Origin: Candidatus Latescibacterota bacterium
Lineage (GTDB): Bacteria > Latescibacterota > UBA2968 > UBA8231
Length of the DNA: 64,000 nucleotides
Direction of reading: 5' to 3'
Assembly: GCA_965203355.1 (NCBI GenBank)
Contig: OZ241889.1
Coordinates: 3,456,001-3,520,000, forward strand
Made by a program: the position numbers and the translations under genes. Positions 40,060 through 50,396 of this stretch are shown one piece after another (within the stretch, counting starts at the first letter, position 1; every line of letters starts with the position of its first letter). Under the pieces are notes generated by a model. That model was given only the letters and a program-made list of their open reading frames with translations. It ran no database searches and was not told the origin of the DNA.

Positions 40060-43000
40060 ATGGCGATTTCAAATCACGAACGAGTCGGAAAAGCACTCGA
40101 ACTGCTCAAGACAGGGCTTGGGCCTTTTGTCGAGCGCGAGATCACCGGGGCCATGGAAGCAGGCCGCGTGGATGTCAACAAACTGCGGGACGCGGCCGAG
40201 GACTTGGTGCGGGCGGACAAGCCGATTGTAGAATGGGATGTCGCCGCCTTGTTAAAGCTCATGTGGGAGACGTGGAACGATGTCTTCCGCAAGATTCTCG
40301 GACGCGCCGAGCGCAGCTTGGTCAGCGAACTCCGGGCGTGTCGCAACCAGTGGGCGCATCAGGAGCGCTTTTCGAGCGACGACGCCTACCGCACCCTCGA
40401 CTCGGTCGGACGGCTATTGGCGGCCGTGTCGGCGCCGCAGGCGGACGAGCTAGAGCGGCTCAAGATGGAATTGCTTCGGGTCCGGTTTGACGAGCAGGTG
40501 CGCGGCGAGCGGCGCAAGCAAGCGGGCACGGCGATCGAGAGCGCGGCCGCCGCGCAGCTAAAGCCGTGGCGGGAGATCGTAACGCCGCACCAGGATGTTG
40601 CGAGCGGGCAATACGAGCAGGCTGAATTCGCGGCTGACCTGTGGCAGGTCCATCTGGGCGAAGGGACGGATGAATACCGCGACCCGGCCGAGTTCTTCCG
40701 GCGCACCTATCTGACCGAAAGCCTGAAGGGGCTGCTGGTCGGGGCCATACACCGGCTGACCGGCAAGGGGGGCGATCCGGTCGTCCAACTCCAGACCAAC
40801 TTCGGCGGCGGCAAAACGCACTCAATGCTGGCGCTCTACCACCTGTTCTCCGGCGCGAATCCCACCGAGCTTGCCAATATAGACGCGATCATGCAGGAAG
40901 CCGCGGCCACCCAGTTGCCCTCAGTGCGGCGCGTTGTGCTGGTGGGCAACAAAATTTCTCCGGGCAATCCCACGACCAAGGAAGATGGCACGGTGGTCCG
41001 CACGCTGTGGGGCGAACTGGCTTGGCAACTGGGCGGGAAGAACGCCTACGCCCAAATCGCGGCCGACGATGAGCAAGCCACCAGTCCTGGCGACGCGCTG
41101 CGTGCGCTGTTCAAGGAGTACGGCCCCTGTCTCATCCTGGTCGATGAGTGGGTTGCCTATGCGCGTCAACTCCACGATCGGAGCGATTTGCCCGCGGGCG
41201 GCTTTGAAACCCAGTTCACCTTTGCCCAAGTGCTGACCGAGTCGGCCAAACTGGCCGGCAACTGCTTGCTGGTGATCAGCTTGCCCGCGTCCGACAGCGG
41301 GGATTCGCCGCACGCGCAGGCCGAAGATGTTGAGGTCGGCGGCCAGCGTGGACGGGAAGCTCTCGACCGCTTGCAAAACGTCGTGGGCCGCCTAGAGTCC
41401 TCTTGGCGTCCGGCCAGTGCCGAGGAAGGCTTTGAGATTGTGCGCCGTCGTCTTTTTGAGCCGTTATCGGATCCAGCGCAGTTCAAGGACCGCGACGTAG
41501 TGGCCCGGGCGTTTGCCGAACTGTATCGCACGCAGCACCAAGAATTCCCGCTGGAGTGTCGCGACAGTGCCTACGAGAAGCGGCTCCAGGCCGCGTATCC
41601 GATTCACCCGGAGATCTTCGATCGGCTCTACGCGGATTGGTCGGCTCTGGTGAAGTTTCAGCGCACGCGGGGGGTGCTGCGGCTGATGGCGGCGGTCATT
41701 CACAGCCTCTGGGAAAAAGGCGATCGCAATCCCCTGATCTTGCCGGCCAACATCGCTATCGACGATCCCCGGGTGCAGTTTGAGCTAACCCGCTACCTCC
41801 CGGAAAACTGGGTGCCGGTCATTGATAAGGATGTCGATGGGCCGAGCGCCCTGCCGCGGCAGCTTGACGGCGCAGTACCGAATCTCGGGAAGTTCGCGGC
41901 GTGTCGGCGGGTGGCCCGCGCCATCTACCTCGGGTCGGCACCGACCGCTGCGGCCGCGCATCAGGGGCTTGAAGACCGCCGGGTCAAGCTCGGCTGCGTG
42001 ATGCCGGGTGAGTCGCCCGCCGTGTTCGGCGATGCGCTGCGGCGGCTCGCCGGTACCGCGACCTACCTCTATCAGGATGGGCCGCGGTACTGGTACTCCA
42101 CCCAGCCGACGGTAACGAAGATCGCCGAAGATCGCGCCGAGCAGTTGAAGGACCATCCCGACAAAGTGATGCAGGAGCTCGGAGCGCGGCTCCGCGCCGA
42201 TCTGCGCGATCCGGGCGATTTTAGCCGCGTGCATCCGTTGCCTCAATCCGGGCAGGACGTGCCGGACGATCTCGATGCCCGCCTCGTCGTGCTCGGTATG
42301 GACCATCCGTATGGCAGCGAGGCCAGCAACGCGGCCGAGGTCGCAGCACAAGCCATCTGGGAGTACCGCGGCAACACCCCCCGACTTTTTCGCAACGCGC
42401 TCGTGTTTCTGGCCGCCGATAAGACGCGGTTGCAAGATTTGGATGAAGCGGTGCGCCGCTACTTGGCGTGGGAGTCGATCTTGGCCGACCGCGAGTCGCT
42501 CGATCTGTCGCCCCATCAGGTGAGACAGGCCGAGACGCAACAGGACGCGGCCGCGAGCGCGGTGACGGCCCGAGTGCCGGAGACGTACCAGTGGTTGCTC
42601 GTTCCGGTGCAGGACGCCCCACAGTCCGCGGTTAAGTGGCAGGCCATGCGCCTGTCCGGGCAAGACGCGCTGGCGGTTCGGGCCAGCAAGAAACTGCGCG
42701 GTGACGAGTTGCTGGTGACGGGCTTTGCCGCGACCCGGCTGCGGATGGATATCGACCGGATCCCGCTGTGGCGCGATGACCGGGTATCCGTGAAACAGGT
42801 GGTCGAATATTTTGCGCGGTATTGCTATCTGCCGCGGATCAGCAAACCGCAGGTGCTGCTGAAAGCGATTGAAGACGGCGTCGCCCTGCTGACGTGGGAG
42901 CAGGATGCGTTTGCTTTTGCGGACAGTTACGACGAGGAGGCCGGTCGCTATCGCGGGCTCCGCGGTGGCCAAGTCGTCGCGCTGCCGGACGCGGACGCGC

Positions 43001-43401
43001 TGGGCTGGCTGGTCAAGCCGGATGTTGCGCGCCAGCAGTTGGACGCCGAGCGCCAGGCGGCGGGGCTAGGCCAAGCAGCGGCCCCGGCAGGTGAGACCGG
43101 AACCGAGGGCCGTGTTGCGGAAACCACCGCCGCCGACCAACCAGCGCAACCGCCCAAGGCACCGCCGCCCAAGCGCTTTCACGGCACGGTGGAACTGGAC
43201 GCCACGCGCGTTGGCCGCGACGCAAGCCAGATCGCCGACGAGGTCATCGCACACTTGGCCGGGCTCGTTGGCGCGAAGGTCACCGTGACGCTGGAGATTG
43301 GTGCTGAGATTCCGGCGGGTGCGCCGGACCACGTGGTCCGCACGGTAACGGAGAACGGTCGGACCCTGAAATTCACGAGCCAAGGGTTTGAAAAGGAATG
43401 A
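40060..43401 (+). CDS. Swt1-like HEPN plus DUF499 AAA+ ATPase
   Basis: N-terminal RNQWAH (Rx4H), PWREIVTPH.DV, EFAADL, Walker A QTNFGGGKTH, LVDE, YPIHPE, FQRTRGVLR. Confidence 0.9.
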   Translation: MAISNHERVGKALELLKTGLGPFVEREITGAMEAGRVDVNKLRDAAEDLVRADKPIVEWDVAALLKLMWETWNDVFRKILGRAERSLVSELRACRNQWAHQERFSSDDAYRTLDSVGRLLAAVSAPQADELERLKMELLRVRFDEQVRGERRKQAGTAIESAAAAQLKPWREIVTPHQDVASGQYEQAEFAADLWQVHLGEGTDEYRDPAEFFRRTYLTESLKGLLVGAIHRLTGKGGDPVVQLQTNFGGGKTHSMLALYHLFSGANPTELANIDAIMQEAAATQLPSVRRVVLVGNKISPGNPTTKEDGTVVRTLWGELAWQLGGKNAYAQIAADDEQATSPGDALRALFKEYGPCLILVDEWVAYARQLHDRSDLPAGGFETQFTFAQVLTESAKLAGNCLLVISLPASDSGDSPHAQAEDVEVGGQRGREALDRLQNVVGRLESSWRPASAEEGFEIVRRRLFEPLSDPAQFKDRDVVARAFAELYRTQHQEFPLECRDSAYEKRLQAAYPIHPEIFDRLYADWSALVKFQRTRGVLRLMAAVIHSLWEKGDRNPLILPANIAIDDPRVQFELTRYLPENWVPVIDKDVDGPSALPRQLDGAVPNLGKFAACRRVARAIYLGSAPTAAAAHQGLEDRRVKLGCVMPGESPAVFGDALRRLAGTATYLYQDGPRYWYSTQPTVTKIAEDRAEQLKDHPDKVMQELGARLRADLRDPGDFSRVHPLPQSGQDVPDDLDARLVVLGMDHPYGSEASNAAEVAAQAIWEYRGNTPRLFRNALVFLAADKTRLQDLDEAVRRYLAWESILADRESLDLSPHQVRQAETQQDAAASAVTARVPETYQWLLVPVQDAPQSAVKWQAMRLSGQDALAVRASKKLRGDELLVTGFAATRLRMDIDRIPLWRDDRVSVKQVVEYFARYCYLPRISKPQVLLKAIEDGVALLTWEQDAFAFADSYDEEAGRYRGLRGGQVVALPDADALGWLVKPDVARQQLDAERQAAGLGQAAAPAGETGTEGRVAETTAADQPAQPPKAPPPKRFHGTVELDATRVGRDASQIADEVIAHLAGLVGAKVTVTLEIGAEIPAGAPDHVVRTVTENGRTLKFTSQGFEKE

Positions 43402-43435
43402 AGCTCGACCGTACAAAACCGACCGCGGATCGACG

Positions 43436-46126
43436 ATGACCGCTGCGGCGACGCATCTTCAGGCGGGTCGCATGGCGGCGGCATTGGACCTCCCAAACGG
43501 TGCGCGGCTCTACCGCTGCGCCTTGCAGGTCAATCCGTTCGCCTATCTCGGCCGGCACAACAAGCCGGCGGACTTCGCGTCGGAAGACGAGTACAACACC
43601 GCGATTGTTGACACGTGCCGGGAAGTCGGCATTGAAGTCATTGCGGTTGCGGACCACTATCGCGTGGAGGATTCAAAAAGCCTGGTACATGCGGCGCGTC
43701 AGGCAGGTCTCTATGCGTTCAGCGGCTTTGAAGCCGTCACCAAGGACGGTGTGCATTTCCTTTGCCTGTTCGACCCAGACCAGGACGACGCCTTGGAGCG
43801 ATTCATAGGCGAGTGTGGCGTCCACGATGCGGAGCACCCGTCGCCGACTGGCGCACTCGACGCCATCGACTTGCTGGAGCGTTCTAAGAACTGGGGTGCC
43901 ATCTGTATCGCCGCGCACGTGGCGTCGGATGGCGGTTTGCTGAAAACCCTTTCCGGCCAACCCGGGATCAATGCTTGGAAGTCGCCGAACCTGCTCGCCT
44001 GCGCCCTTCCCGGTCCGGTGAGCGATGCGCCGCCGGCGATCAGGCCCATTCTCGCAAACAAGAACGCTCAGTACCGGCGGGATCGGTTGCCGGCGATCCT
44101 GAATGCCTCAGACGTCAATGGCCCGGAAGACCTGAGAAAAGACCGGGCATCCTGTTTCATCAAGATGTCTAAGGTGTCTGTCGAAGGCTTCCGCCAGGCG
44201 TTTCTCGACCCACAGGCGCGAATCCGGTTGCACAGCGATCCAGCGCCAGAGCCGCATGCGGAATTTCTGGCGATGACGTGGGAAGGCGGCTTCCTGCGCG
44301 ACACGGCCGTGCATTTTAACGAGAGTCTCAATGTGCTGGTCGGCGGTCGCGGCACGGGCAAATCCACGATAGTTGAAAGCATACGCTACGTGCTCGGCCT
44401 TGAACCCCTCGGGGACGAGGCGTGCAAAGCCCATGAGGGCGTGATTCGCTACGTCCTAAAATCGGGAACAAAGGTCTCGCTATGTGTGCGCTCGCACAGG
44501 CCAGCTAAGCGCTGTTACACGATAGAAAGATCCGTGCCGAATCCGCCCGTCGTAAAGGATGAAGCGGGCGAAGTGCTGCCGCTTGCGCCGCGCGATGTGA
44601 TGCCCGGGGTGGAAGTGTTCGGCCAACACGAGATTGCCGAACTGACGAAAAGCCCCGAGAAACTCACCTTGCTGTTGGAAAGGTTCGCGGACCGCGACGC
44701 ATCGCTGGCGGACCGAAAGTCGCAAGTTCGGCGGGAACTGGAGCGTTCGCGCCACCGGATCGTCGATGTTCGGCGGGAGATGAAGAGCACGGATGAACGC
44801 TTGGCAGTGCTGCCCAGCCTCGAAGAGACGCAGAAAAGGTTTCAGCAGGCGGGTCTCGAAGAGCGGCTCAAGGAGAAAAGCCTGCTCATCCGGGAAGAGC
44901 GGCTGTTTGCCAATCTCGCGGATCGACTGGAGCAATACAGGACGCTTCAGAGCGAACTAGCAGAGGGCATGCCGATCGACGCGGTGTTCGCGTCCGCCAA
45001 AGCACTCGAAGGGTTGCCGAACGCAGACATCCTCGCGGAGATCGAGAAAATCCTTGGGACGCTGAGCACGCGGCTCAAGGTCGTCGGTGCTCAATTCGGC
45101 GAAGCGCTGGCCGAAGCCGACCGCGCGATTGCCGAGACAGAAACGCGCTGGAATGAACGCCGAACAGCGATCGAAGCAACCTACGAGAAGCTCCTGCGGG
45201 AGCTTCAGCAATCGAAGATCGACGGTGCGGAGTTTATCCAACTCCGCCAGCAGATTGAAGCACTGCGACCGCTCAAGGACAAGTCCGAGAACCTGAAGCG
45301 CGACCTCGCGGCCCATGAAGCGCAGCGACGCACCCTGTTGGCGGAATGGGAAGACATCAAGGCCAGCGAGTACCGGAAAATCGAGACAGCGGCGGAACAG
45401 GCGTCAGACAAGCTGCGCAACCGGGTGCGGGTCAACGTCGCGCTGGCTGGGAACCGCGCTCCCCTGAAGGAACTCCTGCGCGACGAGATCGGTGGCAATC
45501 TCGCCGTAGCGATTGACCGCCTGAGTGCGCGGGACCAGCTATCACTACCCGAGCTGGCGCAGCGGTGCCGGGAAGGCAAGGAGTCGCTGATCGATCATTG
45601 CGATCTGCCGCCCGGCGCAGCCGAGCGGATTGCCGGTGCCAGTCCCGAGTTGTTCATGCGAATTGAGGAACTCGATCTGTCGGCGACAACCGAGATTAAA
45701 CTAAACACCGCCCCGGAAGATGAGCCGCCGGTGTGGCAGACGCTACAAGCACTTTCCACCGGCCAGAAGGCCACGGCCATCCTGCTGCTCCTGCTGCTGG
45801 AGTCCGAAGCACCGCTTGTCGTCGATCAGCCGGAAGACGATCTCGACAACCGTTTCATCACAGAAGGCGTCGTGCCGATCATGCGACGGGAAAAGCGGCG
45901 GCGTCAGTTCGTGTTCTCGACGCACAACGCCAACATCCCGGTGCTCGGCGATGCGGACCTGATCCTCGGGCTCTCGGCGACCGGCGAAGCGAAAAAAGGC
46001 CAGGCGAGGATAACGCCTGAACATATGGGCTCGATTGACGACAGCCCAGTACGGGAACTGGTCGAGGAAGTCCTCGAAGGCGGCAAAGCCGCGTTTGAGG
46101 CGCGTCGGTCCAAATACGGATTTTGA
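43436..46126 (+). CDS. PHP-domain/SMC-like ABC ATPase fusion (TrlF/Ppl-like)
   Basis: N-terminal PHP-like region (ALQVNP, ADH, AAH, SD); Walker A GGRGTGKS; long coiled coil; LSTGQ, VDQPEDDLD, STHN. Confidence 0.85.
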   Translation: MTAAATHLQAGRMAAALDLPNGARLYRCALQVNPFAYLGRHNKPADFASEDEYNTAIVDTCREVGIEVIAVADHYRVEDSKSLVHAARQAGLYAFSGFEAVTKDGVHFLCLFDPDQDDALERFIGECGVHDAEHPSPTGALDAIDLLERSKNWGAICIAAHVASDGGLLKTLSGQPGINAWKSPNLLACALPGPVSDAPPAIRPILANKNAQYRRDRLPAILNASDVNGPEDLRKDRASCFIKMSKVSVEGFRQAFLDPQARIRLHSDPAPEPHAEFLAMTWEGGFLRDTAVHFNESLNVLVGGRGTGKSTIVESIRYVLGLEPLGDEACKAHEGVIRYVLKSGTKVSLCVRSHRPAKRCYTIERSVPNPPVVKDEAGEVLPLAPRDVMPGVEVFGQHEIAELTKSPEKLTLLLERFADRDASLADRKSQVRRELERSRHRIVDVRREMKSTDERLAVLPSLEETQKRFQQAGLEERLKEKSLLIREERLFANLADRLEQYRTLQSELAEGMPIDAVFASAKALEGLPNADILAEIEKILGTLSTRLKVVGAQFGEALAEADRAIAETETRWNERRTAIEATYEKLLRELQQSKIDGAEFIQLRQQIEALRPLKDKSENLKRDLAAHEAQRRTLLAEWEDIKASEYRKIETAAEQASDKLRNRVRVNVALAGNRAPLKELLRDEIGGNLAVAIDRLSARDQLSLPELAQRCREGKESLIDHCDLPPGAAERIAGASPELFMRIEELDLSATTEIKLNTAPEDEPPVWQTLQALSTGQKATAILLLLLLESEAPLVVDQPEDDLDNRFITEGVVPIMRREKRRRQFVFSTHNANIPVLGDADLILGLSATGEAKKGQARITPEHMGSIDDSPVRELVEEVLEGGKAAFEARRSKYGF

Positions 46127-46129
46127 GGT

Positions 46130-47347
46130 ATGACGACGCGAACCGAACTGTTGGAGATCCTGGCGACCGGCGAGAATTCCGGCGTGGAATTCAAGCGGGA
46201 CGATCTCAGCACCCAGGATTTAGCGAAGGAACTGGTTGCCTTTTCGAACTTGGCCGGCGGCATGGTGCTGCTCGGCGTGGAGGATGACGGAACAGTATCG
46301 GGCCTGACTCGTGCCGATCTCGAAGAGTGGGTGATGAATGTCTGCCGCGACAAGATCAGGCCGGCGATCGTTCCCTTTTTTGAAGTGATCCGCGGCCTTG
46401 AAGAGGGCAAGGACGTTGCAATTGTGCGCGTGACCCGCGGCTATGATGTCCACGCGCTCTGGCACAGTAACAGCAACAGGTACCTGATGCGCGTCGGAAC
46501 GCAGAGCCGCGAAGCAAGCCAAGAAGAGCTGGCTCGCTTGTTCCAGCAAAGAGGCACTATTCGCGCTGAACTGCGGCCGGTCTCAGGCGCAAAGCTCGCC
46601 CACCTGGACCGGCGACGGCTGGGAAACTATTTCGGTGACATCCGCCAGCAGGACGTGCCCAATGACAAGGACGAAGATGCGTGGCAGGCTTTGCTGGTCA
46701 ATACCGAGATAATGACCGAAGAAGGCGTAACCGTAGCCGGCATGCTGTTGTTCGGCGAGACGCCGAATCGGTTTCTTCCACATGCCGGGATAGACGCCGT
46801 CGCGTATCCAGGAACGGAGCAAGACTATGATGCACAGGAGCGCACGGCGATACGCGGCCCTATGACGCCACTGCGCAACAGAGACGATGGAGTCGTTGAG
46901 AATGGGCTGATCGAACAGGCCCTGGATTTTGTGCAGCGCAACACGCGCGGGACTGTCGAGTTGGCGGGTGGGCGGCGGATGGAGCGGCCGGTGTATCCGT
47001 CCGACGCACTTCGCGAGGCTATAGTCAACGCGCTAATTCACCGCGACTACCTGCTCACAAGTACGGATATCGAGTTGGCGATATATAGTGACAGGCTGGA
47101 GATCGTCTCTCCGGGGCGGCTCCCAAACGGGATAACGCCGGCGCGGATGCGAGCCGGTACGCGGGCCGCGCGAAACCAGGTGCTCAAAGACGTCATGCGG
47201 GACTACCACTATCTGGAGCACATGGGAATGGGCATTCCGCGGAAAATCGTCAAAGGCATGATGGAACACAACGGCACGGAACCCGAGCTGATTGAGCGAG
47301 ACGAGCGTTTTGTCGTACGTCTTTATGCCCGGACGCCGGAAGCGTGA
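46130..47347 (+). CDS. Schlafen/AlbA_2 domain protein with RecG-C-like (HATPase_c_4) domain
   Basis: GENSGVEFK, LVAFSN..GG.VLLGVEDDG; YP..ALREAIVNALIHRDY, DRLEIVSPG. Confidence 0.85.
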   Translation: MTTRTELLEILATGENSGVEFKRDDLSTQDLAKELVAFSNLAGGMVLLGVEDDGTVSGLTRADLEEWVMNVCRDKIRPAIVPFFEVIRGLEEGKDVAIVRVTRGYDVHALWHSNSNRYLMRVGTQSREASQEELARLFQQRGTIRAELRPVSGAKLAHLDRRRLGNYFGDIRQQDVPNDKDEDAWQALLVNTEIMTEEGVTVAGMLLFGETPNRFLPHAGIDAVAYPGTEQDYDAQERTAIRGPMTPLRNRDDGVVENGLIEQALDFVQRNTRGTVELAGGRRMERPVYPSDALREAIVNALIHRDYLLTSTDIELAIYSDRLEIVSPGRLPNGITPARMRAGTRAARNQVLKDVMRDYHYLEHMGMGIPRKIVKGMMEHNGTEPELIERDERFVVRLYARTPEA

Positions 47348-47374
47348 GAAGCTACGCGCCGCCGCGCTAAGGAC

Positions 47375-48586
47375 TCAAGACGGGCGAGAGACGCGGGCAA
47401 AGAGGCACTTGAGATAGCGTCCGTCGGGAAAGGCTGGGTCTATGGGATGGTCGGCTGGGTGTAGGTTGTAGGCGAGGATGCGGGCGCGGACTCGGGCACC
47501 AGCGGCGGCGCGGCGGATGATTTGGAAAAAATCCTCTTGGGAAATGCGCGCCGAGCACGAGGCGGTCACCAGCAGCCCGCCGTCGGCTATGAGGCGGAAG
47601 GCATTGCGATTGAGTTTGGTATAGACGCCCATGGCCTGTTTGTGCTGGCTGCGTTTCCGCATCAGCGAGGGCGGGTCGCAGACGACAATGTCATAGCTGG
47701 GGCCGCGCTCGGCCAGTGCGTCCACGAAGGAAAACACATCGGCGATCAACAGGTTGGCGTGGGTGCCTTGGGGGCGGTTGGCGTCGAGGGTGCGGCGGGC
47801 GGCGGGCGCGACTTGCGGCGCTATGTCGACGTCGAGGGTGTGGGATGCGCCGCCTTGGAGGGCGTGGGCGGAAAAGCCGCTCGAATAGGAGAAGAGGTTG
47901 AGTACGCGCTGGCCGCGGGCGAATTGCTGGAGATAGAAGCGGTTGGCGCGCTGATCGAGAAAAAAGCCAGTCTTTTGGCCGCGATAGAGGTCGGCGTAGA
48001 GGCGCGTACCGTGCTCTTCGATCTCGACGAATTCGGGCGGTGCTTCGCCCGCTAGTAGGCCGGTGGGCCGGTCGTCGAGTCCCTCGGCGCGGCGCGTACC
48101 CACATCGCTGCGTTCGTACAGGCTGCGGGGGGCGCGCAGGGATTGGAATGCGTCGAGGATGGCGGGGCGTTGTCTTTCCATGCCGGCCGTGTGGAATTGC
48201 ACTACGAGGTAGCCAGCGTAATCGTCGGCGATTAGGCCGGGTAAACCGTCGCTTTCGCCGTGGACTAGGCGCATGGCGTTGGTGTGGGCGGATAGCCCGG
48301 CGCCGCGGCGCAGGGCGATGGCTTGGGCGATGCGCTCGGTGAAGAAGGCCGCGTCAATGGGGCGGCTGGGGTCTTGAGTGAGACTGCGGACGCGGATTAG
48401 CGAGCGGGGGTTGTAGAATCCGCGACAGACAAAGCGCGCCTGCGCGTCAAAGACATCGACGATATCGCCGGTGTTGGCATCGCGGGGCGCCCGCTCGACC
48501 GCGCCCGAGAAGACCCAAGGGTGGCCGTTGCGCACGGTGCGCTCGCTGTTGGGCCGCAGGTAGAGGGGTGGATAGTGCAGGGGCAT
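47375..48586 (-). CDS. rlmI: Class I SAM-dependent rRNA methyltransferase, RlmI-like
   Basis: GHPWVF, ESDGLPGLIAD, GQKTGFFLDQR, LNLFSYS.GF, DPPS, ASCS, YLK. Confidence 0.85.
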   Translation of the reverse strand: MPLHYPPLYLRPNSERTVRNGHPWVFSGAVERAPRDANTGDIVDVFDAQARFVCRGFYNPRSLIRVRSLTQDPSRPIDAAFFTERIAQAIALRRGAGLSAHTNAMRLVHGESDGLPGLIADDYAGYLVVQFHTAGMERQRPAILDAFQSLRAPRSLYERSDVGTRRAEGLDDRPTGLLAGEAPPEFVEIEEHGTRLYADLYRGQKTGFFLDQRANRFYLQQFARGQRVLNLFSYSSGFSAHALQGGASHTLDVDIAPQVAPAARRTLDANRPQGTHANLLIADVFSFVDALAERGPSYDIVVCDPPSLMRKRSQHKQAMGVYTKLNRNAFRLIADGGLLVTASCSARISQEDFFQIIRRAAAGARVRARILAYNLHPADHPIDPAFPDGRYLKCLFARVSRPS

Positions 48587-48595
48587 GGCCCGGGC

Positions 48596-49321
48596 CTAAT
48601 CCCAACTCGGGATCGGGGTCTGGAGCGGATCATCGATCCAGAGGAAACGCCCGTTGACGTTGCTCTCGATGATGTCGATTACGAGCTGAGCCGCCTTCTC
48701 CGGCGGATCCCCACCCGTTTGCTCCACCCATGCCACCCAGTCGGCGTAGCCACTTGCGGCGACGCGGCCCGTCTTGTCGCGGATATCCGCCCACATCGCG
48801 GTTTTGACGTCGCCGGGATGGATGACGTTGGCCGTGACGCCCGTCCCCGCCAGCTCGGCGGCCAGGTGGCGGGTGAACTGGTTGAGAGCGACCTTGGCCG
48901 TGCCGTAGGCGCTGTTCAGCCGCCCCGGAGGGTGCAGGGCCGCGGCCGACGAAAGGCTCACGATCCGGCCCCAGCCTGCGTCCAGCATTCCATTGAGGAA
49001 CGCACGAGACACCAGATAGGGGCCCACCGCATCGATCATGAGCGTTTCGATCCATGCTTGGGGGTCGCTGTCCTGTACGAGGGCGATTGGGCCGAAGACG
49101 CCGGCCGCATTGACGACAACGGTGGGCCGGCCGAGCTGGGCTTCGACCGCGATTTTGAGGCGGTCGACATCCGCTGGGTTTGAGACATCGGCCGTGAATT
49201 GCGCCGAGCGGCGCGCAACGGTTGCGACCGCCAGGCCGTGCGCGGCCAGCGCGTTTGCGATGGCCTGCCCGACGCCGCGACTGGCTCCGGTGACGACTGC
49301 GACGCGCCCTTTGCGAGGCAT
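48596..49321 (-). CDS. SDR-family oxidoreductase
   Basis: VTGASRGVG, NAAG, YGTAK, IHPG. Confidence 0.85.
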   Translation of the reverse strand: MPRKGRVAVVTGASRGVGQAIANALAAHGLAVATVARRSAQFTADVSNPADVDRLKIAVEAQLGRPTVVVNAAGVFGPIALVQDSDPQAWIETLMIDAVGPYLVSRAFLNGMLDAGWGRIVSLSSAAALHPPGRLNSAYGTAKVALNQFTRHLAAELAGTGVTANVIHPGDVKTAMWADIRDKTGRVAASGYADWVAWVEQTGGDPPEKAAQLVIDIIESNVNGRFLWIDDPLQTPIPSWD

Positions 49322-49323
49322 GG

Positions 49324-50121
49324 TCAGGCTTGGGAGGGCACGATGGGATTGTCCGAGTCGCTCAGGCGCTTCCGCTGACTGCCCCAGTTGGCGGCGCTGC
49401 CGTTCCAGTAGCGGGTATCGGCCGGGCTGTACGAGAAGAGATAGGACCAGCGCGGTTGGTCGGTGGTGTTGTCCGGGCCGCCGTGGACCGTATATCCGTG
49501 ATGCACCGTACAGTCCCCCGGCTGGTAGTGTAAGGGCGGCGAGAGCTCCAGCGCGGAGGTTAGATTCGGGAACTGCTTGAGTAGGTCGCCTTGGTCGTCG
49601 TTGAACACCGAGCCCAGCGGCCCTTCGCGATGCGAGCGGTTGACGAACCGCATGGCGCCCATCTCGGGCGTGACTTCCGCCAGGGCCAGCCAGAACTGGA
49701 GCTCGCCGACCCGGTCGGACCCATGCTCGGACGAGTCTTGGTGATAGGTGGACCCGGCGGCTCCGGGCTGCTTTTTTAGGAGAATATCTATGCGGTAGCG
49801 GAGCGGAAGGTCCACGCCCTTGAGCCGCTTCCGGTCCACGAGGCGCGTAGCGTTTTGTGCCATGCGCGCGCTGAACATGAATGAACCAAACGGCTCGGTC
49901 TCTTGATTCCGCGCTAGGCCGACCACTGGCTTGCCCTGGCCGATCTTCTGGCCGTTGCGCTCGGCCCACGCCCGTCCGACGCCCAAAAGCTGGGCGGCGA
50001 ACGCTGGATCGACCAGCCGCGGCATCATTACCCAGCCATGCTCGCGGTAGAAGGCTACCTCCTCGGCTGTGACCTCCCGGACGACGCCCTCGATCGCGCG
50101 CGCTGTCATTGCTTGTTCCAT
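49324..50121 (-). CDS. Phytanoyl-CoA dioxygenase (PhyH) family protein
   Basis: YHQD, FWLAL..VTPEMG.M.F, VHGGPDN....PRW. Confidence 0.85.
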   Translation of the reverse strand: MEQAMTARAIEGVVREVTAEEVAFYREHGWVMMPRLVDPAFAAQLLGVGRAWAERNGQKIGQGKPVVGLARNQETEPFGSFMFSARMAQNATRLVDRKRLKGVDLPLRYRIDILLKKQPGAAGSTYHQDSSEHGSDRVGELQFWLALAEVTPEMGAMRFVNRSHREGPLGSVFNDDQGDLLKQFPNLTSALELSPPLHYQPGDCTVHHGYTVHGGPDNTTDQPRWSYLFSYSPADTRYWNGSAANWGSQRKRLSDSDNPIVPSQA

Positions 50122-50396
50122 CGCCTATGCTCCGCCTATTTGCGCCGCTTTTCGCGGCGGCAGGGAATAAGAAGTCTTTTGTGGCCGCGTTGTCAACCGC
50201 CGTTTAGTAATCCTGCTGATCGAAATCGCGCAAGACATAGTAAATTGCCGCAGGAAGTAAAAGCAAATTACCAGTGAATAGACATAAAACAGCCAATATG
50301 AGCCACATTTTAATGTTGCCTTTTTACAAGCCGATTTGGTGGGTTAGGTTGTTGTCTGCCGCGAAAATACGCCATGATCGCCGGGCCTGAAAACCT

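Noticed and set aside
48596-49969. 457-aa ORF as a PhyH-SDR fusion
   Set aside because: The upstream part is an alternative frame of the PhyH gene. The SDR starts at 49321.
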